Assembly (NCBI GenBank): GCA_040954595.2
Contig: CM082582.2
Coordinates: 10,221,483 to 10,285,482 of the forward strand
Direction: 5' to 3'
Length of the DNA: 64,000 nucleotides
Source: Balanoglossus misakiensis
Taxonomy: Eukaryota; Animalia; Hemichordata
The notes under the pieces are model-generated. The model did not search any database and was not told where the DNA came from. It saw nothing but the letters and a program-made list of their open reading frames with translations. This document shows positions 1 through 10,763 of the stretch, piece after piece. Both the position numbers and the translations under genes were made by a program. The first letter of the stretch is position 1. Every line of letters begins with the position of its first letter.

Positions 1-1318
1 AAATGGAAGTTTAGTCAAAATCCTTGTGCAAAAATTGTTAGAAATTTGCATGATGTCGTGGGGCATCTAAGACGGTGACGCCATTGTCCGCCATCCTGTT
101 TTCTATAATCTCGCTTGATTTTGCAATTTGTATGTTATGCTTCCGTGCATATTCGCGCGGAAATAACTTTATGTGGCCTCGTCTCTCTGTTGGTCGGCAG
201 ATGCCGGGGGTAGAAATTGTCTTGCCCCAAGGGCACAGCAACATGGCAACAAAGTCGAGTTTCCAGTGAGCTGCTCTGTCTGGTGGTGGTGAGATTCTTG
301 ACATTTCATCGAAAGGGGGCGCTCTAGTACAACAATGGCTTGGTGAAGACATGACCACACCTGATCCGTACTCGAAATCCGGCGACCCGAACGGACCATT
401 GCTGCTATCGTCGGGATCATCGTCACTTGGCCTCTCGTAAATAATAAAACATCAAAAATCACCAGATCTGATGCTGCTTGGAACTTTCGGTAAAAACTGG
501 TCCAAAGTTCGCGCATATACAGTACAGGTGCGGGTCAGTTCTCATTGAAGCATGCCCGCCAGGTACGGTCAAATGTGCTGCGTACCTTAGAGAACCCTCA
601 TTTACTAGTTCGTGTGAGATCTGACAAGCAGGCATCTGACCCAGTTCAACTGGACTTATCAGAGTACGATTTCAGTTTTTAAAAATTGGTCCAATAAACG
701 GATAAATTGGGTGTGAGTATATCATCAATCTATCTCGTAAATATGTTGTAACTTGTTACGAATGTGTGCCAACAGTAAGGGTAATTCTTTCGTCAAAATT
801 ATTTTTATTCCAAACTGTTCTCCCGTGGTCTGGTCCAGCTGAAAGTCTCTTCATTTCGCATATCATACTCAAGCGAGCAGCAATTGCTTTTAGTTTGTTC
901 CATTCCATACGTATAGCTGTTAAACATGAGAAGGACATCTCATGTATAGATCGATGAACACAAAGCGCCGCAGCTGTAATTCTCCAAGTTAAAAAAAGTA
1001 CCAGTAAAAATGCCGACCCCTAAAAGAATCGATCTCAAGACGGTATGACGTAACCAACAGCATTTGCAGACTTCTTCGATATTGTTCGTTCGGCAATGAA
1101 TTTTTTTTGACCGGTGTACACACAAAAAACTCTTCTTCGGCTGTCTAGTCTATTGGTAACGGACAGCCATCCATCTATACGATATCACAGAGAGAGCTAA
1201 CGCCGTACCCTGGCCGGTACGCCGAGCAATAACGACCTCGGTGCGATAAATCAGTGACCTCGTTCGACCGGCATACGTCATCCACAGGGACAAACGCCTG
1301 GTGTCAAAGGACGCTGGG

Positions 1319-1401
1319 TATAAACAAGTCTAAAGGTGCACCATAAAACCATGAGCATCAGCACGGCACGTACATTCGAGCTTGCGTCTCCCTGCTAGCA
1401 G
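1319..1401 (+). promoter_or_regulatory. Putative TATA box and non-coding first exon of DUF4440-like gene 1
   Basis: TATAAA at about 1319 and a perfect donor CAG|GTAAGT at 1401/1402. An acceptor ctgtcag ends at 3427, 3 nt before the ATG at 3431, implying a 5'UTR intron 1402-3427. Inference only. Confidence 0.4.
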
Positions 1402-3430
1402 GTAAGTTGTCCGTTTTTAGCTCGACGTTGTTATAGGCTGCGACGAATCTGGTGTATATTCGCATTCTTGGGTCAACGCACGCAACTGGTCGAACCAGCC
1501 TCGAGACAGCTGGTAATGTATACGTAGACTTTCCAAGGTAGTTGTCGGAAATTTTAAAGTGCCTTAGCTCTTGAAAAATTAATCTAAATTAGTGAATCCT
1601 ATGTGATGCCAACAATTTACTATTAGTGGGGGGGGCGCTTGTGCGGTGCCATCTTCTGTAACGAGGGACCATGTGTCAGTATTGGATGCTTTTGAATACC
1701 AAAGCATACAAAAACAGGCTGGAAGACCTCCTACAAAGCGGTCACCACAACCAACCCATAGAAATCGGAGCAGTGGCCCATTTCCACTGATATATACTCG
1801 TTGGGGTCTGTGCCTTCACTCCATGCATTCAACCAAATCCGTGTTTCTCGGGTGACGATTACAAACGAAAGTTGTCTGGCTGTGAGTTCAGGGGACAAGA
1901 TGTTGTTTCGCAAGTGTCCTATCGGTGTGACGTCATACTGTTAAAAAACGAAAACCAAGGCACATGGGGAATGGGGAACACTTGTTTACAACCTCGATTC
2001 TGCACTGTGGGTGACCCCGTTTTTATCGATATCGGGTCAAAATTGCACGTTGCTTTCCCAAGACGTTTAGTCTTGCTACCCCATGACTTTATAGTAATGG
2101 ACGCCACAGACATCTATGACGTCGTCGCATATACAGAGCTCATGCGTCATCTATCGATCTGCTTCCACGGACAAACACTTCAGGTCATAATCATGCCCGA
2201 TTTTGTTGTTTTTGTTTGTTTTCATATCGTGTTGTGCCCTTGCATGATCCATTTGAACTATTGGGTGTAATTATAATAGTCCACGTTTCTGACAGCGCCT
2301 AACTTTACATACGCAAGGCCTTAAGGGCCAGAGAAGGTGAAATCCAATTAATGTCCTGACCGGGTCAGAGTTCTTCAACCGTTCAGTATTACCATTATTG
2401 CTGTACAAAGGTCGCAGCTCAACCACTTTAGTCAAATTAGCTTCAAATACCCTAAAATGTTAGGGGAGGGACGTGGATAATTATAATGCACGCATTGTAA
2501 ACAATATTTCTTATTTAATAAAAAAAATATTGTGCGCAAAGTTTTGGTTGAAAGTTTTCACGAGTTTCGAGCCAGAATATAAAAGGCATAGCTATTGGTC
2601 TGTCAATGTATATATAGCCCTAAGATGAATGAGCTCAATATCTGTGGAACTGCCGCATGGTAGGCCACTAAACATGATTTATGCCATAAAGTACGGACAG
2701 AATTAGTCGCAGCATAAATGTGCTAATAGTAGTTCAGTTAGCGGTCATTAGCTATCTAAATTTGCATATAAACGAACACGTGTACTAAAAGAAGTGATAA
2801 TGGTGTGATATGTAATTCAAGAAAATGGCGATCACACTTTCGGCGTTTGCCAAGTTGTTCTACTCAATTTGCATGCATTAATTTACATAATCTTCAGTAT
2901 ACGAGATCAGTACCAGCGTCGCCAGGTTACAGTTGTCGGTATACCTTGCGCGATGGTTAACCGTTACCTGATAACCTATTTAGTCATAAAACCATGCTAA
3001 CTCCGCGCTACTGTTCGCTTGTCAGTACTTTGCAGCAAGAAGGTCTTGTCTGACCTCTGTTAATGGGCAATCCTCAAGGCCAACGCTTATCGCCGAACCA
3101 GTGACGCGTATCGAATGATGCGGTATGATCGCTGTCAGTTTATCATTTATTGAAGCAAACGACAACACACAGCTCTCAGAGATCTTGACATTAATCTCAC
3201 GACCTCTCGTTCCAGGCTTTATGCATAAACAGTTCAAAGGGGGTACAAATCTTTCTCGGAACCCAATAACCGAAAAAAATCAACAACACTTTGAATGATT
3301 TATTGTATAACACCGCAATATATACGGAGAAATTCCAATTATGGATACAATAATTCTGAACCAGAACTTTTCGTTTCAGATACACATCCCGCTTTAGTGA
3401 ATCTTCTTCCACGAACATCTCTGTCAGAAA

Positions 3431-3946
3431 ATGGCGTCTCCGGATATGAAGGACGCCGTCGTAGCGTTGCAGAGGAAGTGGACGTCGCTGTATAATGTCG
3501 GCAACATAAGACTGTTGGTCGAGCTGTACACAACGGACGCCACCACTATGATGCCGGGTCAAAAGTCAATGAAGGGCAGAGAGGGTGAGTACGGTCATCG
3601 TAGATGCGAAGAACACTTTACATGTACATGTACTCAAATATCCTCCGTCGCTATCGAATCTCTCTGTCTCTGTCTTTCATGTACTTCACTCTTACTTTCG
3701 TTATCTTCTTGTGTTCCAGGCATTGGTGAAGCCTTGTCCGAGATGAGGAAAAAGATCGCCTCCTACCACCCCCACACTCCAGACGAAGTCGGCATGGTCG
3801 ACGACAGTGTGCTATTCTTTACCGCCGGTTTCACGTGCTATAACCCGGACGGAGAACCCCTGTATCCAGGGAAGGGACTGTTCCTTTGCAAGAGGGTGGA
3901 GGGGGAATTGCTGCTCTATGCAGATTGCGTCAACTACAACGTGTAA
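3431..3946 (+). CDS. DUF4440/SnoaL-like (NTF2-fold) small protein, copy 1; exons 3431-3584 and 3720-3946, about 126 aa
   Basis: Motifs LYTTDATTMMPGQKSMKGRE and GKGLFLCKRVEGELLLYADCVN are typical of DUF4440/ketosteroid-isomerase-like proteins. Phase-1 intron GTGAGT(3585)..CCAG(3719). Confidence 0.7.
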   Translation: MASPDMKDAVVALQRKWTSLYNVGNIRLLVELYTTDATTMMPGQKSMKGREGEYGHRRCEEHFTCTCTQISSVAIESLCLCLSCTSLLLSLSSCVPGIGEALSEMRKKIASYHPHTPDEVGMVDDSVLFFTAGFTCYNPDGEPLYPGKGLFLCKRVEGELLLYADCVNYNV

Positions 3947-5253
3947 GGGAATATTATTGGACAGTAGTGCGAGTCATTAAATACAACATGGAACTCTGTG
4001 AAATTTTCGCCAGTGCACGTCGGTCGTTGCCATGGCGATTGAACTCTGAAGAGAAGAAGAATAACTGAAATCTGAGCTTGTTTGTAGTGTAGTTGCTTAC
4101 TGCAATCGGTAGGGACAGACTTTAGGGTATAGGGACAGAAGTTTATGCAAACACGATGAAGGGGTTTCGGAAGTGGTCGTTATTTTTCCTTTTCTATATT
4201 GGTACCGATTTTTAATGAAATCTCGGTTAAACTGAAATGTTTGATTCGTATTTACAAACTAAGATGTTTTCGAAATGTATTTTATAAACAATCAATGCTC
4301 TCGTTTATAGCATCCGCACGAGCATTCGCTTTGATTTTTTTTGTTTTTTACCCTCTCTGATCATTGTCTGTCAGCTGAAAATTATTGTACACAGGAACAA
4401 GTACATATTAGTTACAGGCATAAAACTTAGCTACCGTTTGGGTTCAAAGTCACGGCCGGTGTTGCGCGTTCACGTGACATGTGACCTAAGATGGCGTCTC
4501 ACTTTTTGTCTTTCACATATGAAGCTTTTACCTTTATAGAAATCACTGTAGTTTACTGCATTCTGAATACGCGCTGCAAGCTGACATCTACTTTGGCGCA
4601 CCGTGGCGCTAAATTTCTATTATGGATGTCAGGAACATTGCTTAAATATCGGCCCAGAAGTTAACAAATTGAAATCTCGTCTATGTAATGTATATACGAA
4701 TAAAGTATTGCTGTCAGTATTATAAAGCTTGTGATGTGAGACCTTGGGTCGGGCGTGTGAACTTCTCTTTGTCGCAGCAGTTTTGACAGTGTTTAATTAA
4801 CGCTAACACCCAATTACAAATAATAGCATTGTAGTCGTTGGCTTGCACAAAAGTGAATTTAAAGGGGAATGTCGTCGCAACTGCACATGTGCGACTTTGT
4901 TGTTTATAAACACACTATCGGCATTGTTCGCACGGGCATCCCGATAGCCAGATACATATTTGCGTGCGAGTGTGGTACCATATCAATGTTCATACACACA
5001 GAGCACGTAGCAATGTTTGTGCAAAAGCACCACACGCGGTTTAGAGATGATGGTGGTGCCATATTGGATGAGGTCATCTGTACCTTGACCCGTGCTGCTG
5101 TCATCGTTCCTGTGTAATGCTCCCATGTTCCATGAAGAAGCGGTGTCGTCACTCTGAAGATTCACCTGTGAATGAAGTAGTCCGCGAACATCAACCCCAG
5201 TTATTGCTACGTGTTTCTGCACAACTGCTTTCAGAGATCTCAGCGGGCCAAAA

Positions 5254-5813
5254 ATGGACCCGCGCGAAATGCTCGCGCAGACCCGCCAGAGACTGTCATC
5301 GGCGTACCAAGCCGGCTGCTTCGAAACCATTCGCCAACTTTGTCTCCCGGATGTCGTTATGATGGCCCCGGGCCAGGAGACAAAACGAGGAATAGAAGGT
5401 ATGACATTCCGTGTTTAAATCACAAAGTTATTTTCAAAAACTGTTTCACCAGACTATGGCTTAGGCCTACGAGCATTCTCTCTTTAGAATCGGTCTCCCA
5501 GGCTGGAGTTTGCTCAACTGAATTGTAAGCTTCTACTAAATAATGAAACAGGTAATAATTAATTTATGTTACAGAAATAATAAAGGCGGGAAAGGAAATG
5601 ATGGACGACGGGATAACGGAAGTGCAATATGTATCGGAAGAAACTATCGTACCTGTGGATAATGAATTCATCATCGACAGAGGGCGTTTCATTTTTCGGA
5701 CTGAGGACGGCAGCGAAGTCGACAGGGGCAAGTACTTGATGGTGTGGCGGTTGACGAACGGAGAGTATCGTGTTTACATCGACTCCTTCAGCAGTGATCT
5801 GCCGGAACAGTAG
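5254..5813 (+). CDS. DUF4440/SnoaL-like protein, copy 2; exons 5254-5398 and 5575-5813, about 127 aa
   Basis: Exon 1 reads MDPREMLAQTRQRLSSAYQAGCFETIRQLCLPDVVMMAPGQETKRGIE. A phase-1 intron at the same position as in copy 1 joins in frame to ..DRGRFIFRTEDGSEVDRGKYLMVWRLTNGEYRVYIDSFSSD (GKY..VW signature of DUF4440). Confidence 0.8.
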
Positions 5814-6883
5814 GAGAAGCAGGCGATGTAAAACATTATCACCACTGGGTGGCGTGCTTCATAAATTGGCTTTTGGCGAAAATTTGAGTGAAATATGTAC
5901 GCGAACGTCATTAGCTACCAAGTGCAATTATCAAAACGCCTACTTTACTTTGTAAGCCGCTGCTTTTGTTGATTTTCATGCTTTCGTTGGTGAACGCGGC
6001 TGGTCGGATTATAATGTCGTTTTGCAGTTTGTTTTCGAGGAACAAACAGGTATTGTATGTGCTTAGTCTCCAACCATATGGCCACATATGAACGGCTTAC
6101 TTTGGGGTACGCTAAAATTTGTAAATAGTCTAAGTCCATATGTGAGATTTTATGCTCTAAACACAACACTGTTCAAAAACAGCTCATTGCAACTGAGTTT
6201 TACGAGAATGTCAGATTGTAAATTTCCTTTTTCATAATTAATTTTGGTTGATTGCAAAATATACTTATATGGTCCACATTACTTGAAATGATGTCGTGTG
6301 TACTTTACAGCAGTCGGCTAACAGAAGATAAAAGGTTCAACTTTCAATCTAGCAACAGAGTTCCCTTCTGAATTATTATATGAATAATTCAGTATCAATT
6401 AGGACATGTAATCATATAGGCATTAAACATTCACTTCACCTAGAGTTTCTGCAGAGATCCTTAAATACTGAAGTATTTCGATGCGACGTTGGTGCGGGCT
6501 GGCATGCGTGTGTATCGCCGGAAGACGAAGAGCCGCGCCCAAAGACGATGACGATTGCTCTAACGTCGCATCAGAAACTGGATATGATACCCGGGACAAA
6601 ATACTGAAAAATACTGTTTGGAGCTGCTGTCCCGTCAGTGATTATTCAAAGCTTCACATTAAGTGTTATTGAGAAATGTTAGTGTTGCTTATGCACTAGA
6701 ATTACAAATTACAAAGATGGTTGTTTATTATTCGTCTGGCGTACAATCGAAACTGTTGGGTGGACGAACAAATCACGTGGTCCGCCCCTTCAGCAACAGC
6801 TGCGTCACGCATGTGTTATTATGCACCACATAAATTGTCAGTTTGGGCGAGCGTCAAGAAGTAGACTTTTCTGACTCGACAAA

Positions 6884-8035
6884 ATGCAGAGCAATGAAAC
6901 CATTCTTTCTGGCGTGAGTCCACCAACGGCAGATACGGGCGGCGGAACGGGCTCCGGGTACGGCGGCTCCGTAGAGAGTATCCTCAAAGTCACGGCGCTG
7001 GCCGCCATGATCGTCGTCACCGTGGTGGGAAATCTGGTCGTCTTGATAGCCTTCGTCGTCGACAAGTCCACGAGGTCTAAAGTCGGGAATTTGTACATCC
7101 TGAATCTGGCGGTCGCCGATCTCTGCGTCGGCTCGATTTCGTTACCCGTGAACACCGCGTGGCTGTTGCGAGGGAACTGGCCGTTCGGTGAGGTCGCCTG
7201 CAAGTTCTACCTGTTGGTCGATTACACCGTCTGCCTCGCGTCGGTGTTCGCCGTCATACTCATAACCCTGGATCGGTACCTGTTGATGGTGTACGAGATG
7301 AAATACATTCTGTTCCAGAGGCCGAGATGGGCGCTGTTGGCCATCCTGCTGTCCTGGAGCCTGGCGTTCTGCTTTTACGCACCTGCTATTCTCCTCTGGG
7401 AGAAATTGGCCGGGGGGTCGGAGATAGACCAGAACGTCAACTGTGAGTTGGAAGGCGTGGATAACTTCGCGTACAACATGGTCATGATATGCTTTGAGTT
7501 TCTGATCCCGCTCTCAGTAATCTCATACTTTAACTGTAGGGTATACCTGAGGATAAGGAAGTTATCCAGGAGGAAAGGGGAAAGTATTGTAGATTCTGCG
7601 AGCCCGCAGGCGTCCGACAAACACGTCGCAGTGAGCAAACTTACACAAGTCGGCGACAGCGCGCAGCCTGGCAGCGAAGAGAACAACGCATCCTTGCCAG
7701 CGGCGACCGCTCACAGCTCCGGCGCAAGAGTTGCCAGCGGCCGTGCCAGCACAGCTAGACACCGTGACGGCAAAGCAGCCAAGATGCTCACGGCGGTCGT
7801 CGTCGCCTTCGTCATCTGCTGGACCCCGTACAACGTGACGATGTTGGTGACGACGATGTGCGGTTCGTGTTGGAACAACACGCTCTGGGAGGTGACGTGC
7901 CATCTGCTGTGGGCCAACTCCACTCTCAACCCGTTCTTGTATGCGTTAACGAACAGTCACTTTCGCAGGAATTTCGTGTTCATTCTGACGTTAGGGCGAG
8001 TGCAATCTAGACGCCAAGTCAAACCGGTGCTTTGA
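6884..8035 (+). CDS. Class A aminergic GPCR, histamine H3/H4-like, intronless, 383 aa (copy 1)
   Basis: 7TM motifs GN (TM1), LAVAD (TM2), CKFYLLVDY with D3.32, DRY, TM5 EFLIP, CWTPY and LLWANSTLNPFLY. ECL2 AILLWEKLAGGSEI resembles HRH3. Confidence 0.88.
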   Translation: MQSNETILSGVSPPTADTGGGTGSGYGGSVESILKVTALAAMIVVTVVGNLVVLIAFVVDKSTRSKVGNLYILNLAVADLCVGSISLPVNTAWLLRGNWPFGEVACKFYLLVDYTVCLASVFAVILITLDRYLLMVYEMKYILFQRPRWALLAILLSWSLAFCFYAPAILLWEKLAGGSEIDQNVNCELEGVDNFAYNMVMICFEFLIPLSVISYFNCRVYLRIRKLSRRKGESIVDSASPQASDKHVAVSKLTQVGDSAQPGSEENNASLPAATAHSSGARVASGRASTARHRDGKAAKMLTAVVVAFVICWTPYNVTMLVTTMCGSCWNNTLWEVTCHLLWANSTLNPFLYALTNSHFRRNFVFILTLGRVQSRRQVKPVL

Positions 8036-9199
8036 CCGAGCGATGACGTAGCATTTGCTCGAACCTGGTCCAGGAGAGAAACTACAGTACATTGACAAAA
8101 GGACTCCGGGATCCGATTTACCTGGCAATGTTTTGTATCTTTTCATCGTATAATCAATCTTCAACAAGTCATTCTGTTTTATTCCCGGAGTTTTTACACA
8201 TGCATTCAATTCCCATTTGAGAAAACCGCTTGGGAGACCTTACCTAAACCTAGTGTTAGAGACGTGTCACTTTCTACACATCTGGTTGCTGTCTATACAC
8301 GCTATAATAAACATGCGTACTCCCCAGACACTGATTCAGTGTAATGACGCAGAGCATTAAAACAGCTATACCTGTTATCTCTCCAACTCTACCGTATATG
8401 AATGACTGATCGAGGTCAGTATGACTAGTGGCGGAGCGCGAAGATAGAAAGCTAAAAACTGTTTTTAATTAATTGACGTATTGCACTTTCCCTTGTCACA
8501 CATGCTAAATGTATAGAACGTATAGTTGATGAACATATTTAATCGTTCTATTTATTTTAACATAACAGCTTGAAATTTGAATAAATATTATACAGCAAAA
8601 ACAACACAAGTGCCTTGGCGCTTGATATTTATTTCGCTTTGGGGCATTTTTGTCTGACAGTGAATTAGAGTCAATCAGGCTACTCCTACACGCTCACCAA
8701 TATGCTGTACATGTACCATTTGCTCTGTACCTGTAAATAACAACAGCTGGTCATCCGAGGCCAAACGCTCGCTTAAATTCTTACTAATACTAGTACATGT
8801 TTATCACACTCAACCATTGACTATAATGCGTGTCGTTATTTGAACAATTTAATAACCCAGCAATCTATCAATGTTTCTTCAGCGATATTATTAATGAAAG
8901 CTCGCGTCAAAACATGCGATTGATATCATGACAGGTGACACAGGGGGTCCCTGAGGAATTGTTTTGAAAAAGTCAATTTCACGCTGCTGTTTTGTTCAGG
9001 CTTATTAAAATCCAAGGCACTAATTACGGGTTGTCTAACTGCGTATATAATCCGTGTTCGGCCGCAGCTTCATTAGTGGTTGTGAAATATAAATCGATTG
9101 ACGGAAATGTCAATAACGCACAATAACGCAACAAGTGAAAAATTCACCTCCTCGGTTCGTAGGGGTGTTCGGGTCCGAATTTGGGGTAAAACGAATAAA

Positions 9200-9213
9200 A
9201 TCATCATCACCAC

Positions 9214-9279
<66 letters not shown>
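9200..9279. repeat. (ATC/CAT)n trinucleotide microsatellite
   Basis: About 26 near-perfect CAT units. It explains the poly-M and poly-I ORFs at 9073-9301. Confidence 0.95.
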
Positions 9280-9280
<1 letters not shown>

Positions 9281-9611
9281 GTACCCCGACTAGGATCCTA
9301 GTCATTAGGACCCCCGTGGCTATAGTCGGCCTATAATCATTACTGCAACAGATGCAATGTTGTCTGCTTCCATTAGAATACCAATTAGACCTACCAGCAT
9401 ATTGACAACATTTGCATAATATGTTGAGAGTTCAGTCTACTCTCCGTGTGCGATCGACACCGTGTGATTACATTTGCAAATCGAGTGACGTGGTACGTTC
9501 CCCAGGTACCACTTAGTTAAATTCGCAAACACCGTAAATGGGTTAATTTGTTAGAAGCGCTCAAATGTTCTCAGTTCGTCTCCTCGCCTTGCGTGACTCC
9601 TCTCTTTAACA

Positions 9612-10763
9612 ATGCAGAGAAACGGATCCGGTGATGGCAATGTTTCATACACGGCCCTACCAATACCGACGACGGGTACGGACATAGGAACGGGGTCCGG
9701 GTACAGCTCCGTGGAGACCGTCGTCATCGGCACGGTCCTGGCCACCATCATTGTCGTCACGGTAGTCGGAAATCTGGTCGTCTTGATAGCGTTCGTCATC
9801 GACAAATCCACGAGGTCTAAAGTACGGAACCTGTACATCCTGAATCTGGCGATCACGGACCTGGGTGTCGGCGCAGTTTCGCTACCCATAAACACCGTGT
9901 GGCTACTGCACGGAACCTGGCCGTTCGGCCAAGTCGCCTGCAAGTTCTACTTGATATTCGATTACACCGTCGGCCTTGCGTCGGTATTAGCTATAATACT
10001 CATAACCCTGGATCGATATCTGCTTATGGTGTACGAGATGAAATACATTTTGTTCCAGAGGCCGAAATGGGCGCTGTCGGCCATCTTGCTGACCTGGGTG
10101 CTGGCGTTCTGTGTCTACGGCCCCGCTATCCTTTGTTGCGAAAACCTGACCGAGGAATTCGCGAGAGATTTTAACGCCATGTGTGGTAGAGACAGTATTG
10201 ACAACTCGCGCGCGAACTTCAAGACCAGCGTTGCTATGATGTTCTGTGAGTTCCTTATACCTCTCCTCTTGATCGCATACTTCAACTTTAGGATATACTT
10301 GAAAATAAAAAGGTTGTCCGCGGGGAAAGGGAAAACGTTGAACGTTCAAGATTCTTCTAAGACGCGAGAGTCTGACAAAGATATCGCAGAAAGTGAACTC
10401 AAAGATGCTGAGGGCTTGCAGACGGCGGTTTCGCCTCTGACAACTGCCCAGAGCTCTGGCGCCCGCGCGCGTACTAGCACGAAAGCAACCAAGCACAGAA
10501 AAGCAGCGAAGATGCTCGGCACGCTTGTTGTCGTCTTCGCTGTATGCTGGTCCCCGTACGAAGTCACCATGTTGGTGACGACACTGTGCGACTCGTGTTG
10601 GAACCAGACCGTCTGGGAAGTGACCAGTAACCTGCTGTGGTTCAACTCCGCCCTGAACCCGTTCCTCTACGCCTTGACCAATCGCCACTTTCGGAGGAAC
10701 TTCGTTTTCATCCTGACGTTTGGTCGAGTGAAATTCAACGAGCCAGTCAAACTGACACTTTGA
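9612..10763 (+). CDS. Class A aminergic GPCR, histamine H3/H4-like, intronless, 383 aa (copy 2, tandem paralogue)
   Basis: Same motifs as copy 1 (GNLVVLIAF, CKFYLIFDY, LDRY, EFLIP, CWSPY, LLWFNSALNPFLY), with long near-identical stretches shared with copy 1. Confidence 0.88.
   Translation: MQRNGSGDGNVSYTALPIPTTGTDIGTGSGYSSVETVVIGTVLATIIVVTVVGNLVVLIAFVIDKSTRSKVRNLYILNLAITDLGVGAVSLPINTVWLLHGTWPFGQVACKFYLIFDYTVGLASVLAIILITLDRYLLMVYEMKYILFQRPKWALSAILLTWVLAFCVYGPAILCCENLTEEFARDFNAMCGRDSIDNSRANFKTSVAMMFCEFLIPLLLIAYFNFRIYLKIKRLSAGKGKTLNVQDSSKTRESDKDIAESELKDAEGLQTAVSPLTTAQSSGARARTSTKATKHRKAAKMLGTLVVVFAVCWSPYEVTMLVTTLCDSCWNQTVWEVTSNLLWFNSALNPFLYALTNRHFRRNFVFILTFGRVKFNEPVKLTL

Noticed and set aside
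1-1300. Short ORFs and a possible transposon relic at the window start
   Set aside because: No transposase or RT motifs and no terminal repeats could be identified by eye.
9073-9301. Poly-Met and poly-Ile ORFs
   Set aside because: They are translations of the (CAT)n microsatellite.
9987-10688. 233-aa antisense ORF over GPCR copy 2 (and similar ORFs over copy 1)
   Set aside because: Shadow frames of GC-rich coding sequence, with no recognisable motifs and no matching long ORF in the paralogue.
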